Source of the DNA: Thermoplasmata archaeon | GTDB lineage: Archaea > Thermoplasmatota > Thermoplasmata > Lutacidiplasmatales > UBA184 | Direction: 5' to 3' | DNA length: 64,000 nt | Assembly: GCA_021802125.1 (NCBI GenBank) | Contig: JAKAAX010000003.1 | Location: forward strand, 148,300 to 212,299 | Shown here: piece by piece, positions 45,400 to 53,323 of the stretch | Numbering within the stretch: position 1 is the first letter of the stretch | How the letters are laid out: every line of letters starts with the position of its first letter | The notes under the pieces: model-generated | Database searches by the model: none | The model's input: only the letters and a program-made list of their open reading frames with translations | Told to the model about the DNA's origin: nothing | Program-made: the position numbers and the translations under genes

Positions 45400-45867
45400 A
45401 TGCGCGCTCTCGAGTCGGAAGTGCTGCACCTGAGCGAGCTCCTTCCCGCCCTGTTCGACGAGCCCCGAGCTCCGCCCACCCCCCGATCGGAGACCGAGAA
45501 AGTCGTGGAGCGCCCGGCCGCGCAGGAGCGGTCGACCGGATGCTGGGCCCTCGTCGGCGAGGCGCTCATGCGGTCCACGTTCACCCTCGGACCCGAGCCC
45601 GTGGTCGTCGTGCCGCTTCCCCCGGAGCCCGAGGCCCAACCGGGTCCGTTCACGGACGACCTCGATGTCCTTCTGGCCCGCTTCTCGCGCCTGGGTCTGG
45701 AAGAAGGAGAGCCGGAGGCGCGCTCTCAAGCCGTCGCTCAGGACGCGGACCCGGCTCCTCGCAGCTCTGACCGGAAGACGGGCGACCCACGCTCTTGGAC
45801 CGGGAGCTCCTGGTTCACCTCCCTCCTTTTCGACCTCGTGACGGACCCCGAGCTGGACATCGAGTGA
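45400..45867 (+). CDS. hypothetical acidic protein
   Basis: 155-aa ORF with no recognisable motif. A 7-bp hairpin (gggcctc...gaggccc, about 45370-45394) lies immediately upstream. Confidence 0.3.
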   Translation: MRALESEVLHLSELLPALFDEPRAPPTPRSETEKVVERPAAQERSTGCWALVGEALMRSTFTLGPEPVVVVPLPPEPEAQPGPFTDDLDVLLARFSRLGLEEGEPEARSQAVAQDADPAPRSSDRKTGDPRSWTGSSWFTSLLFDLVTDPELDIE

Positions 45868-46277
45868 GGCCGTCGCGGGGCTTCCGCGTGGACGCCCCTA
45901 TCGGGCCTGGCGAGGCAGGACCCACGTAGCTGGGTGCCGGGGGAACTCCCCGAGCCCCTCCCTTCGGGCATGTCCAGGCCCCCGTGCCTCGCACCTTGAC
46001 GCGGTCACGCTTATGCTACGAGAGCAAAGCATTTCCTTCGGGATCCTCCTGTGCGCCTCGGTATGGACCTCGCATCCCTCGACCCGACCGCGCCGCGGAA
46101 ACGGGGCTCTGGCGACTGGGCGAACGCATCGCGCTGTCCGCCCAGGCCACGAGGCACGGACGAGGTCCCGCGGAAGGGACCTGGCGGGGTGGGAGAGATT
46201 GGGGGACATCGAGCGCCGCGCAGGCAGGAAGCCTACCCCAAGGTCGGCGGCAGGACGATGGGAGGTGCCTTTTGGCC

Positions 46278-46952
46278 GTGATCGGAACGCCCGTGGTCGA
46301 AGGCGTGGGACGGATCGCGGGATTCGTCAACGCGTACGTGTTCCGCGAGGGCTCGGACACCTACCTCATCGACACCACGATGAACAAGAACGCCAACCCG
46401 GTTCGCAAGGCGTTCGACAAGGCGGGAGTGAGCCTCTCCAGCGTGGGCACGATCCTCCTGACCCATGCCCATGTCGATCATATTCGGGGGGCCCATGCCG
46501 TCGAACAGGCGAGCCACGCCGGCGTCGCCTGCCACGAGGTGGACGCACCGGCCGTGGACGGGCGATCTCCCCTTCGGATGCCTCCGGTGATGCGATGGTT
46601 CCTCCGGGTGCGACCCGTGGCCGTGGGCCGCTCGCTCCACGACGGGGATACGATCGGTCCGTTCCGGGTCGTGTATGCACCCGGCCACACGATGGGGGAG
46701 GTCGCCTTCTACCATCCCGGGCGGCGGATCCTGTTCTCGGGCGACTCCGTGGTCGAGCGAAAGGGCAAGCTGACCCTCCCTGCGGCGGGCTTCGCCGCGG
46801 ACCTCCCAAAGGCCGTGAGCTCGCTCGACATCCTGAGAAAGCTGCAGGTCGACACCCTGCTTCCCGGGCACGGCGTGCCCGTCACAAGGGACGTGGCACC
46901 CATGCTGGATGAGCTCATTCGCAGGGCCCCGCGTGACTACCTTAGGGCCTGA
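46278..46952 (+). CDS. MBL-fold metallo-hydrolase
   Basis: Motifs LLTHAHVDHIRG and YAPGHTMGE, plus D and H downstream. GTG 46278 is preceded by GGAGGTG (46261-46267). The longer ORF from 45984 has an implausible Arg/Gly-rich N-terminus. Confidence 0.8.
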   Translation: MIGTPVVEGVGRIAGFVNAYVFREGSDTYLIDTTMNKNANPVRKAFDKAGVSLSSVGTILLTHAHVDHIRGAHAVEQASHAGVACHEVDAPAVDGRSPLRMPPVMRWFLRVRPVAVGRSLHDGDTIGPFRVVYAPGHTMGEVAFYHPGRRILFSGDSVVERKGKLTLPAAGFAADLPKAVSSLDILRKLQVDTLLPGHGVPVTRDVAPMLDELIRRAPRDYLRA

Positions 46953-46976
46953 GGCCCCAAGGTCGGGTGGTCCGGT

Positions 46977-48866
46977 CTAGGACTCCTCGCGGGCGGGACC
47001 CGCATGGGGCCCCAGGGGAGGCACTTCTGCCAAGACCGAGGGCTTCTCGGACGTGGTCGTGTCCGGGCTCTCCTCCCGATAGACGCCCTCCTTGGGCTCA
47101 TCGGCTGTCTCCGCCTTGGCGCGCCGCCCTTTCGCTCGCGTGGCCGTCTTGGAGGCGACCGTGTCCTCGTGGACGTAACGCTCCCCGCGCAGGAGCGAGA
47201 TGACCGTCGCCACCAAGGTCAGGGACCCCGCCACGGCCAAGGCTTCGTGCACCCCGTCCAGGAAGGCCGGGGCGATGGCCGTGGGGAAGAACGCCTTGGA
47301 CGTGAGCGTGGCGTAGACCGTGGAGGAGGGAGAGATCGGCACCGGGAGGGGGAACGCGCCCAGGACGGCGCCCATGGGGTTGATGCCCAGGAAGGCCCCG
47401 AAGATGGCCCCGGTAGGGTCGCTGGAGAGCACGTGGGCGAGCACGGCCACGTCGGGGGCGGGAGTGCCGGCTCCCGCGAGCGCGCCGCCCACGGAGGAGG
47501 AGAGCCCGCCGGAGATGCCGACGATCACGATGGTGAAGAACATCGCCATCGAGAGCTGCTGGCCCGTGTTCTGGATCGTGGTGGTCATGCCCGCCGCCGC
47601 ACCGCGTCGCTCCGACGGGACCGAGTTCATGATCGCCGCCTGGTTCGGGGAGGCGAACATCCCCATGCCGCAGCCCTGGAGGAACAGGAGCAGTCCCATC
47701 TGCCAGTAGGGGAAGTTGTAGGGCAGCAGGGTCATGGCGAAGAACGTCGCCGCCCCCAGGCCCATCCCCGCGCTCGCCAGGTGCTTCGCACCGTGCTTGT
47801 CGGAGAGCCGGCCGCTCAGGGGCCCCGCCACGAAGAACCCGGCGAGCATGGGCAGCATGTAGATGCCGGCCCAGAACGGCGTCTCGGAGAAGGCGTACCC
47901 GTGGAGCGGGAGCCAGATCCCCTGGAACCACATGATCATCATGAACATCATCCCGCCGCGGGCCACGGAGCCCATGAGCGCCGCGGCGTTGCCGACGGCG
48001 AAGGCCCGGACCCGGAACAGGCGCAGGTCGAACATCGGGTCGGCCACCCGGCTCTCGACGACGAGGAAGATCACCAACAACGCGAGCCCCGCTCCCGTGC
48101 CGGCCCAGACCGACGGGTTCGACCAGCCCATGGGCTGCCCTCCGTAGGGGAGCAGTCCGTAGGTGATGCTGATGAGCAGCGTCGTGAGACCGAGCGCGAA
48201 GGTCAGGTTCCCGATCAGGTCGAGCTTCTGGTCCTTCCGCACGTTCGCCATCTCGTGGAGGCTCGAGTAGGCCCAGACCGTCCCGAGGATGCCCACGGGG
48301 ACGCTCACGAGGAAGATCGTCCTCCACGCGGGTACGGCGTGGCCCGCGACGAAGAACGTGGGGGCCCCGGCGAGGATGCCTCCCAGGACCAACCCGACGA
48401 CCGAGCCACCGATGAACGCGACCTGGTTGATGCCCAGGGCCAGCCCACGTTCGCTCGCCGGGAACGCGTCCGTCAGAAGCGCGGGGGAGTTCGCGAACAG
48501 GAACGCCGCCCCGACCGCTTGGACCAGGCGGAACGCGACGATCTCCCAGCCTCCCGTGGCCCCGGTGCTGGGCGTGAGAAAGAGCATGATCGAACCCAGG
48601 GTGAAGACGGCGAACCCGAGGTTGTAGAGGCGGGCCCGGCCGAACATGTCCGAGAACCTCCCCACCGTTACGAGGAGGGTGGCGGTGACCACTCCGTAGC
48701 CCAGGAGCACCCAGATGAGGAGCGTGAAGTTGGACGGGGTGAACGGGTTGATGCCGAGCCCGTTGAAGATGACGGGCAGCGAGATCAGCGTGATCGTTCC
48801 GTTGATGGAGGCCATCAGGCCCCCCAGCGTCGTGTTCGAGAGGACCATCCACTTGTGCTCGACCAT
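46977..48866 (-). CDS. MFS transporter, DHA2 (14-TM, EmrB/QacA-like) family
   Basis: 629-aa ORF with about 14 TM helices, motif GRFSDMFGR and a hydrophilic C-terminal tail. Confidence 0.9.
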   Translation of the reverse strand: MVEHKWMVLSNTTLGGLMASINGTITLISLPVIFNGLGINPFTPSNFTLLIWVLLGYGVVTATLLVTVGRFSDMFGRARLYNLGFAVFTLGSIMLFLTPSTGATGGWEIVAFRLVQAVGAAFLFANSPALLTDAFPASERGLALGINQVAFIGGSVVGLVLGGILAGAPTFFVAGHAVPAWRTIFLVSVPVGILGTVWAYSSLHEMANVRKDQKLDLIGNLTFALGLTTLLISITYGLLPYGGQPMGWSNPSVWAGTGAGLALLVIFLVVESRVADPMFDLRLFRVRAFAVGNAAALMGSVARGGMMFMMIMWFQGIWLPLHGYAFSETPFWAGIYMLPMLAGFFVAGPLSGRLSDKHGAKHLASAGMGLGAATFFAMTLLPYNFPYWQMGLLLFLQGCGMGMFASPNQAAIMNSVPSERRGAAAGMTTTIQNTGQQLSMAMFFTIVIVGISGGLSSSVGGALAGAGTPAPDVAVLAHVLSSDPTGAIFGAFLGINPMGAVLGAFPLPVPISPSSTVYATLTSKAFFPTAIAPAFLDGVHEALAVAGSLTLVATVISLLRGERYVHEDTVASKTATRAKGRRAKAETADEPKEGVYREESPDTTTSEKPSVLAEVPPLGPHAGPAREES

Positions 48867-48875
48867 TACGATCTC

Positions 48876-49298
48876 CTACCTGTCCTCGCTGTCCGCTCTC
48901 GACTCGAGCTCGGCCTGTTCGAGGACCCGCCGAAGGTCTTGGAGCGAGGAACCGAGGCGCACCTTCGTTCCCGGGCGGAGCGACGCTTCGAACGCTCGCA
49001 GATGCCGCCGGTAGATCTGCCGGGACCTCTGGACGACCCGACGACCCTCCGGGGTGGCCTCGAGCAGGAAGGCGCGGCGGTCCGTGGGGGAGCGGACCCG
49101 TACGACCCAGCCCCCCCGCTCGAGCCCCCGCGCGAGGGTCGTGAGCGTGGCGGGCGTGAGCCCCAGCTTCTGGGCGACCTGGCCCATCGTCGCCGGGCCC
49201 GCCTGCAGGACCCCCAGAGCGCGGTAGCCGCTGAGGAGCATCCCGTGCTCCTCCAGGACCCGTCCCATCTCGCGCTTCAGTAGCTGGAAGCAGGCCAC
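48876..49298 (-). CDS. MarR-family transcriptional regulator
   Basis: wHTH LSGYRALGVLQAGPATMGQVAQKLGLTPATLTTLARGLERGGWVVRVRSPTDRRAFLLEATPEG. Lies 9 nt upstream of the DHA2 pump gene. Start uncertain: GTG 49298, ATG 49268, or ATG 49451 (which would overlap the next gene). Confidence 0.75.
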   Translation of the reverse strand: MACFQLLKREMGRVLEEHGMLLSGYRALGVLQAGPATMGQVAQKLGLTPATLTTLARGLERGGWVVRVRSPTDRRAFLLEATPEGRRVVQRSRQIYRRHLRAFEASLRPGTKVRLGSSLQDLRRVLEQAELESRADSEDR

Positions 49299-49405
49299 GA
49301 GGTCCTCCCAGGGAGCCCCAAGTCCGGCCGTGATCGGGCGGTCCGGCTCTCGCTCGTGTCGGGACCCGGAACGTCTGCGAGGGAGGGCTCGAGCCGAAGG
49401 CCGCG

Positions 49406-50209
49406 TCAAGTTCCCAGTTCTCGGCGGAAGAAGGTCAGCACCCGCTGCCACGCGTCCTTGGCGCTCTCCGGATGGTAGACGGGGCGTGTGTCGTTGAAGA
49501 AGGCGTGGGCGGCACCTGGGTAGACATGGGACTCGAAGCTCTTCCCCGCCTTCTTCATCGCCTCGGCGAAGAGCGGGACCTGTCCCGTGACCCCGACGTC
49601 CTCGCCCCCGTAGAGCCCGAGGACCGCCGCGCGGATGTGCGGGACGTCCTCCAGCGGGGGGTTCTGTCCGTAGAAGATGACGGTCGCACGGAGGTCCGGG
49701 TCGACGGTCGCCAAGCGGGCCGACATGGCTCCCCCGAAACAGAAGCCGAGGGAACCGGTCCGCTTCGGGTCGACCGAGGGGAGGGTTCTCAAGTGCCGGG
49801 CCACCGACAGGAGGTCGCGGGCGAAGGAGGCCTGGACCTGGGGGCTCATCACCCGCGCGAAGGCCCCAAGCACGGGTCGTCGCTCCGGAGGTTGGGAGGC
49901 TGAGAACTCGGCGAACTTGGTGGGGTCGCGGCGGAGATCCGGCGGGGCCGTCGCGAAGGCCTTCATGGCGAGGCCGATGTTGGCGGGGGTGAGGAGCTTC
50001 TCGATCTCCCCGGTGAACAGGTTGGGGGCGAGAGCGACGTATCCCTCTGCCGCGAACCTCTGACAGACGTCCTGGATGTGCGCATCGGGGCCGAAGATCT
50101 CATGGATGACGACGACCGCCGGTCCTCGGCGAGCCTGCCCCTCCGGGACGGCCAGGTAGGCGTCGAGCTCTCGGCCATCGCCGGGGACGGTCAGCTTCGT
50201 GGGGGTCAT
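49406..50209 (-). CDS. dienelactone hydrolase family protein
   Basis: Motifs VVVIHEIFG, nucleophile LGFCFGG and YPGAAHAF. ATG 50209 lies inside ORF 49406..50281. Confidence 0.85.
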   Translation of the reverse strand: MTPTKLTVPGDGRELDAYLAVPEGQARRGPAVVVIHEIFGPDAHIQDVCQRFAAEGYVALAPNLFTGEIEKLLTPANIGLAMKAFATAPPDLRRDPTKFAEFSASQPPERRPVLGAFARVMSPQVQASFARDLLSVARHLRTLPSVDPKRTGSLGFCFGGAMSARLATVDPDLRATVIFYGQNPPLEDVPHIRAAVLGLYGGEDVGVTGQVPLFAEAMKKAGKSFESHVYPGAAHAFFNDTRPVYHPESAKDAWQRVLTFFRRELGT

Positions 50210-50499
50210 CGAGCCGAGGTCGGGACATGGGTCATTTATTACGGTTTCGTAGCATATCCGAACGGTGACGGCCCACGCCACCCGGGATGCCGCCGGGGTT
50301 CAGCGACTTCGAGTCCTAGGTGATGGGACGGGGGCTGCGGCAGGAGCCTCCCGCACCAGGGCGCGAGGCGAGCCCCGTCGTTGGGATTCTTGAGGAGAGT
50401 CTGCCGCCCCATCTCGCGCGCAGCATCCTCCGCGGGCCGGAACCCGAGCGCGGTCGAGTGGCGAAACGCTTACCCCCTGCCCCGCGTGGTCCCAGACGC

Positions 50500-50727
50500 A
50501 TGGACGACTCCGAGCGCGCCAAGGAATTTGCGAAGAAATGGGCACGGTACTCCTCGATCCTGGCGGGGGTTTACCCGCAAGTGTCGAACGACCTGAAGTC
50601 CGAGCCGGGCCCGCTGCAACAGGCCCAGGCGATATTCTCGGATGAGATGGGAGACTCGGAAGCGCGCAGGAAGATCGCCTTCCACCTGGCCCTGGCCGAC
50701 TTCCAGGCGATGTCGCAACAGCGGTGA
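50500..50727 (+). CDS. hypothetical small protein
   Basis: 75 codons from ATG 50500 (MDDSERAKEFAKKWARY...). No family recognised; may not be expressed. Confidence 0.25.
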   Translation: MDDSERAKEFAKKWARYSSILAGVYPQVSNDLKSEPGPLQQAQAIFSDEMGDSEARRKIAFHLALADFQAMSQQR

Positions 50728-50833
50728 GACCGGCCTACCCCAGCGCCGTCCCCCTTTTTCCAGGGGGACCCACCGCGGCCAGACCCCACCACGAGGCGGG
50801 CCGGGGGGCCGCCGTCGCGGCCCTCGGCTCGGG

Positions 50834-51967
50834 TCAGAGGGCCGGGCTGGCCACGTGGACCGAGTGGATGCTCGGGAACTGGTACGGGACCTGGCGCCAG
50901 GTCTTCCCAGCGTCAGGGCTCAGGATGAGCTGCCCGGTCGTCGTTCCGACGTAGATCCCTGCCGGGTCGAGCGTGTCCGTGTTCATGCCCTCGCGATGGA
51001 CCCCGAAGTGCCCTGGGATGGCCTTGGCGGACATCAGCGCCCGCCACTTCTTCTTCGGGTCGTTCCACTCGAAGACCTGCAATCCGCCCTGGGTCGTCAC
51101 GCGCGAGCGGCCTTCCAAGGGGATGAAGAAGGCACGGCCGGGCAGCGCGCGAGCGGCGGCGACGGCGAACCCGAAGTCGTCGTCGAAGAACTTGCCGATC
51201 CTCGTCCAGCTCTCCATTCCGTCGTGGCTGACGTACATGCCCCCGTGGTCCTGGCGGTAGCTCGTTCGCGGCTCCGCCGGGTCCAGCACCACGTGGTGGA
51301 CGCACTGGCCAACCTCCGGATACTTGTTCGGCAGGAACGGGGTCTCGACGCCCTTGTTGACCGCCTTCCAGCTCTTGCCGCCGTCGTCGGACCGGAAGGT
51401 CCCTGCCGCGGACAAGCCGACGTACATGCGCTGGGCGTTGGTGGGATCGACCAGGATCGTGTGCATGCAGGGCCCGCCCGCGCCGGGGGCCCAGTCCTTC
51501 TTCGTGGAGTGTTCGTTGATCGAGGGGACCGGCGTCCAGCTCGCTCCGAGGTCGTCGCTCCGGAAGAGCATGTGGGGGTCCGCCCCGAGGAAGAGGGTGT
51601 CCGGTTCGCTCGCGTGCCCCGGCTCCAGGTGCCAGAGGTTCGTGAGCGCGTGCTTCGGCCGCTGGACCTCCCCGGAGTCGGTCCCGAACTCGGGGTTCCG
51701 TTCCTTGGACGGGGGCATGAGGGGCGTAGCCGCCTCCTTCCACGTCTTCCCCCAGTCCTTCGAGATGTGGACCATCGGCCCGAACATCCAGTCGTTCACC
51801 GCGGCGTAGAGGTAACCGGGGTGCCGAGGGTCGGCGGTCACATGGTACACCTCTCGCCCCGAGTTCGACACCTTCCCGACCTTCCAGGTCTTCCGCTTGG
51901 TGTCGCTCTCTGCGATGTAGGCGCCCTTCCGCGTGCCTAGGAGCACTCGGACCTTCTTGTCTGCCAT
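50834..51967 (-). CDS. cytoplasmic BNR/Asp-box repeat beta-propeller protein (sialidase-fold, Ycf48/xyloglucanase-like)
   Basis: Five SxDxGxTW-type Asp-boxes (SKDWGKTW, SDDLGASW, SDDGGKSW, SHDGMESW, SPDAGKTW) and no signal peptide. ATG 51967 is preceded by GGGAG 8 nt upstream; GTG 51976 is the alternative. Confidence 0.8.
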   Translation of the reverse strand: MADKKVRVLLGTRKGAYIAESDTKRKTWKVGKVSNSGREVYHVTADPRHPGYLYAAVNDWMFGPMVHISKDWGKTWKEAATPLMPPSKERNPEFGTDSGEVQRPKHALTNLWHLEPGHASEPDTLFLGADPHMLFRSDDLGASWTPVPSINEHSTKKDWAPGAGGPCMHTILVDPTNAQRMYVGLSAAGTFRSDDGGKSWKAVNKGVETPFLPNKYPEVGQCVHHVVLDPAEPRTSYRQDHGGMYVSHDGMESWTRIGKFFDDDFGFAVAAARALPGRAFFIPLEGRSRVTTQGGLQVFEWNDPKKKWRALMSAKAIPGHFGVHREGMNTDTLDPAGIYVGTTTGQLILSPDAGKTWRQVPYQFPSIHSVHVASPAL

Positions 51968-51992
51968 CTTTCTCACTCCCTGCGGACCTGGG

Positions 51993-52262
51993 TCAACCTC
52001 CAGCGATGGAGTGAAGGATATCTACTGTGCGAGCGCCGGAAAGCGAAGCGTCGGTCCTTCCTCCCCGGCTGACGTCCTCTCCGTCCACGAAGACCCGGAC
52101 GTAGCGTCGTAGCTGTCCCGTCTCGTCACGGAGCCGGTACCTGAGACGAGGATACCGGCGCTCCAGTTCGTCCAGCATTTGGGCGACGGACGCGGCCTCG
52201 ACCAGCTCATCCCCCTTGGGACCGAACTCGCGGATCCAGGCGTCCAGATGAACTTCGATCAT
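51993..52262 (-). CDS. MoaD/ThiS-family ubiquitin-like beta-grasp protein ending in Gly-Gly (SAMP-like)
   Basis: 89 codons from ATG 52262 inside ORF 51993..52481. MIEVHL...YVRVFVDGEDV...ILHSIAGG-stop. A TATA-like ttcattag (52289-52296, minus sense) lies about 30 nt upstream of the ATG. Confidence 0.7.
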   Translation of the reverse strand: MIEVHLDAWIREFGPKGDELVEAASVAQMLDELERRYPRLRYRLRDETGQLRRYVRVFVDGEDVSRGGRTDASLSGARTVDILHSIAGG

Positions 52263-52449
52263 GCAGGGCCCCGACGACCGGAAGGACTCTAATGAACTCT
52301 CTCTGGCCTCCCCTTGGTCCCGGCCACAGCGCTTGGACCGGATGCGCGTGCGCCGCGGCGCGGAGAACTTCTCTCGCGGGGGCGCGTCTCCCCGCTGGGC
52401 GCTCCTGTCCCGCGTCGCTGGGGAAGGGGGCGGAGTGGGGGTCGAACCT

Positions 52450-53109
52450 CTACCGCCGAGCGCGGCCCGGTCCTGTGGCACTCTCGTCGGCGCGGGCGCC
52501 TTTCCGTTCCTGAGCGCGTCCCTCGCGCGGGAACTCCCGCAGTTCGTTGGGGAACAGTCCGAACAGGATCATGTCCATGCAACGGCCGCGGACGCAGACG
52601 GACCGCCTCTCCCGACCTTCCTCCACGAACCCCAGGCGGCGCAACACGGCCAGCGAGGCCGCGTTCCGGTCGAGCGCCTGGGAGGCGACGCGGCGCATCC
52701 GTAGCGGACCGAACGCCGCGCGACAGAGGTACCACGAGGCCTCTGTGGCGAGGCCCTGGTCCCAGTAACGGGGATCGATCCAGTAGGACAGGCTCTCCAC
52801 CTTCCTCCAGCGCCAGTCCAGCCCGCGGAGTCCCACCCTTCCGATGCAGCGGCCCTCGTCGCGGTGGATCACCGAGAGGGACAGGTGCTCGCCGGCGCGG
52901 TACTCTCGGCGCGTCCGTTGGACCATGATGGCAGGGTCCTTTCGCTCCGCGTCCGAGTGGAGAGAGGCTCCGACCGCGCGAGCCGTACGCCGGTCGCGGA
53001 AGCTCCGTCGGAGGTCGGGCAGGTCCTCCTGGGTGGGCAGTCGGAGGTCGAGCCGGGGGGTCGAGATCGGCAAGCGAACTCGGGATAGCCACGGCACGAT
53101 CTCGGCCAT
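52450..53109 (-). CDS. GNAT N-acetyltransferase (RimJ/RimL-like)
   Basis: 219-aa ORF. TPRLDLRLPTQEDLPDL, IGRVGL, YWIDPRYWDQGLATEA, NAASLAVLRRLGFVEEG. Confidence 0.85.
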   Translation of the reverse strand: MAEIVPWLSRVRLPISTPRLDLRLPTQEDLPDLRRSFRDRRTARAVGASLHSDAERKDPAIMVQRTRREYRAGEHLSLSVIHRDEGRCIGRVGLRGLDWRWRKVESLSYWIDPRYWDQGLATEASWYLCRAAFGPLRMRRVASQALDRNAASLAVLRRLGFVEEGRERRSVCVRGRCMDMILFGLFPNELREFPREGRAQERKGARADESATGPGRARR

Positions 53110-53323
53110 TTCACCTCGAGAAATCGGTCATCGTGCCAAGACGCTTGCTAGCCCCGATTCCCGGGCGCCCGCGGGGGCGGGCGGAGCCCTGGACCTTCCT
53201 GGCGGGGGTCCCCCAGTCGCCGGTAAGGCTGGAAGTGTCCAAATGGCCCCTTACCGGTAAGGCCGCACGTGCCGTCGAATCGCTCAGTTAATTAGGGGGC
53301 GGGGTTGGTCGAAGGGCTACGCC

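Noticed and set aside
46164-46181. Hairpin ggtccc-gcggaa-gggacc with nearby caggcaggaagcc, reminiscent of the SRP RNA helix-8 region.
   Set aside because: I could not trace the rest of an SRP RNA (5' domain, helix 5 pairing, conserved symmetric/asymmetric loops). It needs an Infernal scan and is not reported as an ncRNA.
45984-46277. N-terminal 98 codons of the ORF 45984..46952.
   Set aside because: The composition is Arg/Gly/Pro/Ser-rich and unlike the MBL domain. An in-frame GTG at 46278 with an upstream GGAGGTG gives a normal-length MBL hydrolase.
47004-49283. 759-aa ORF antisense to the DHA2 transporter and the MarR gene.
   Set aside because: Shadow ORF. The opposite strand encodes a coherent 14-TM protein.
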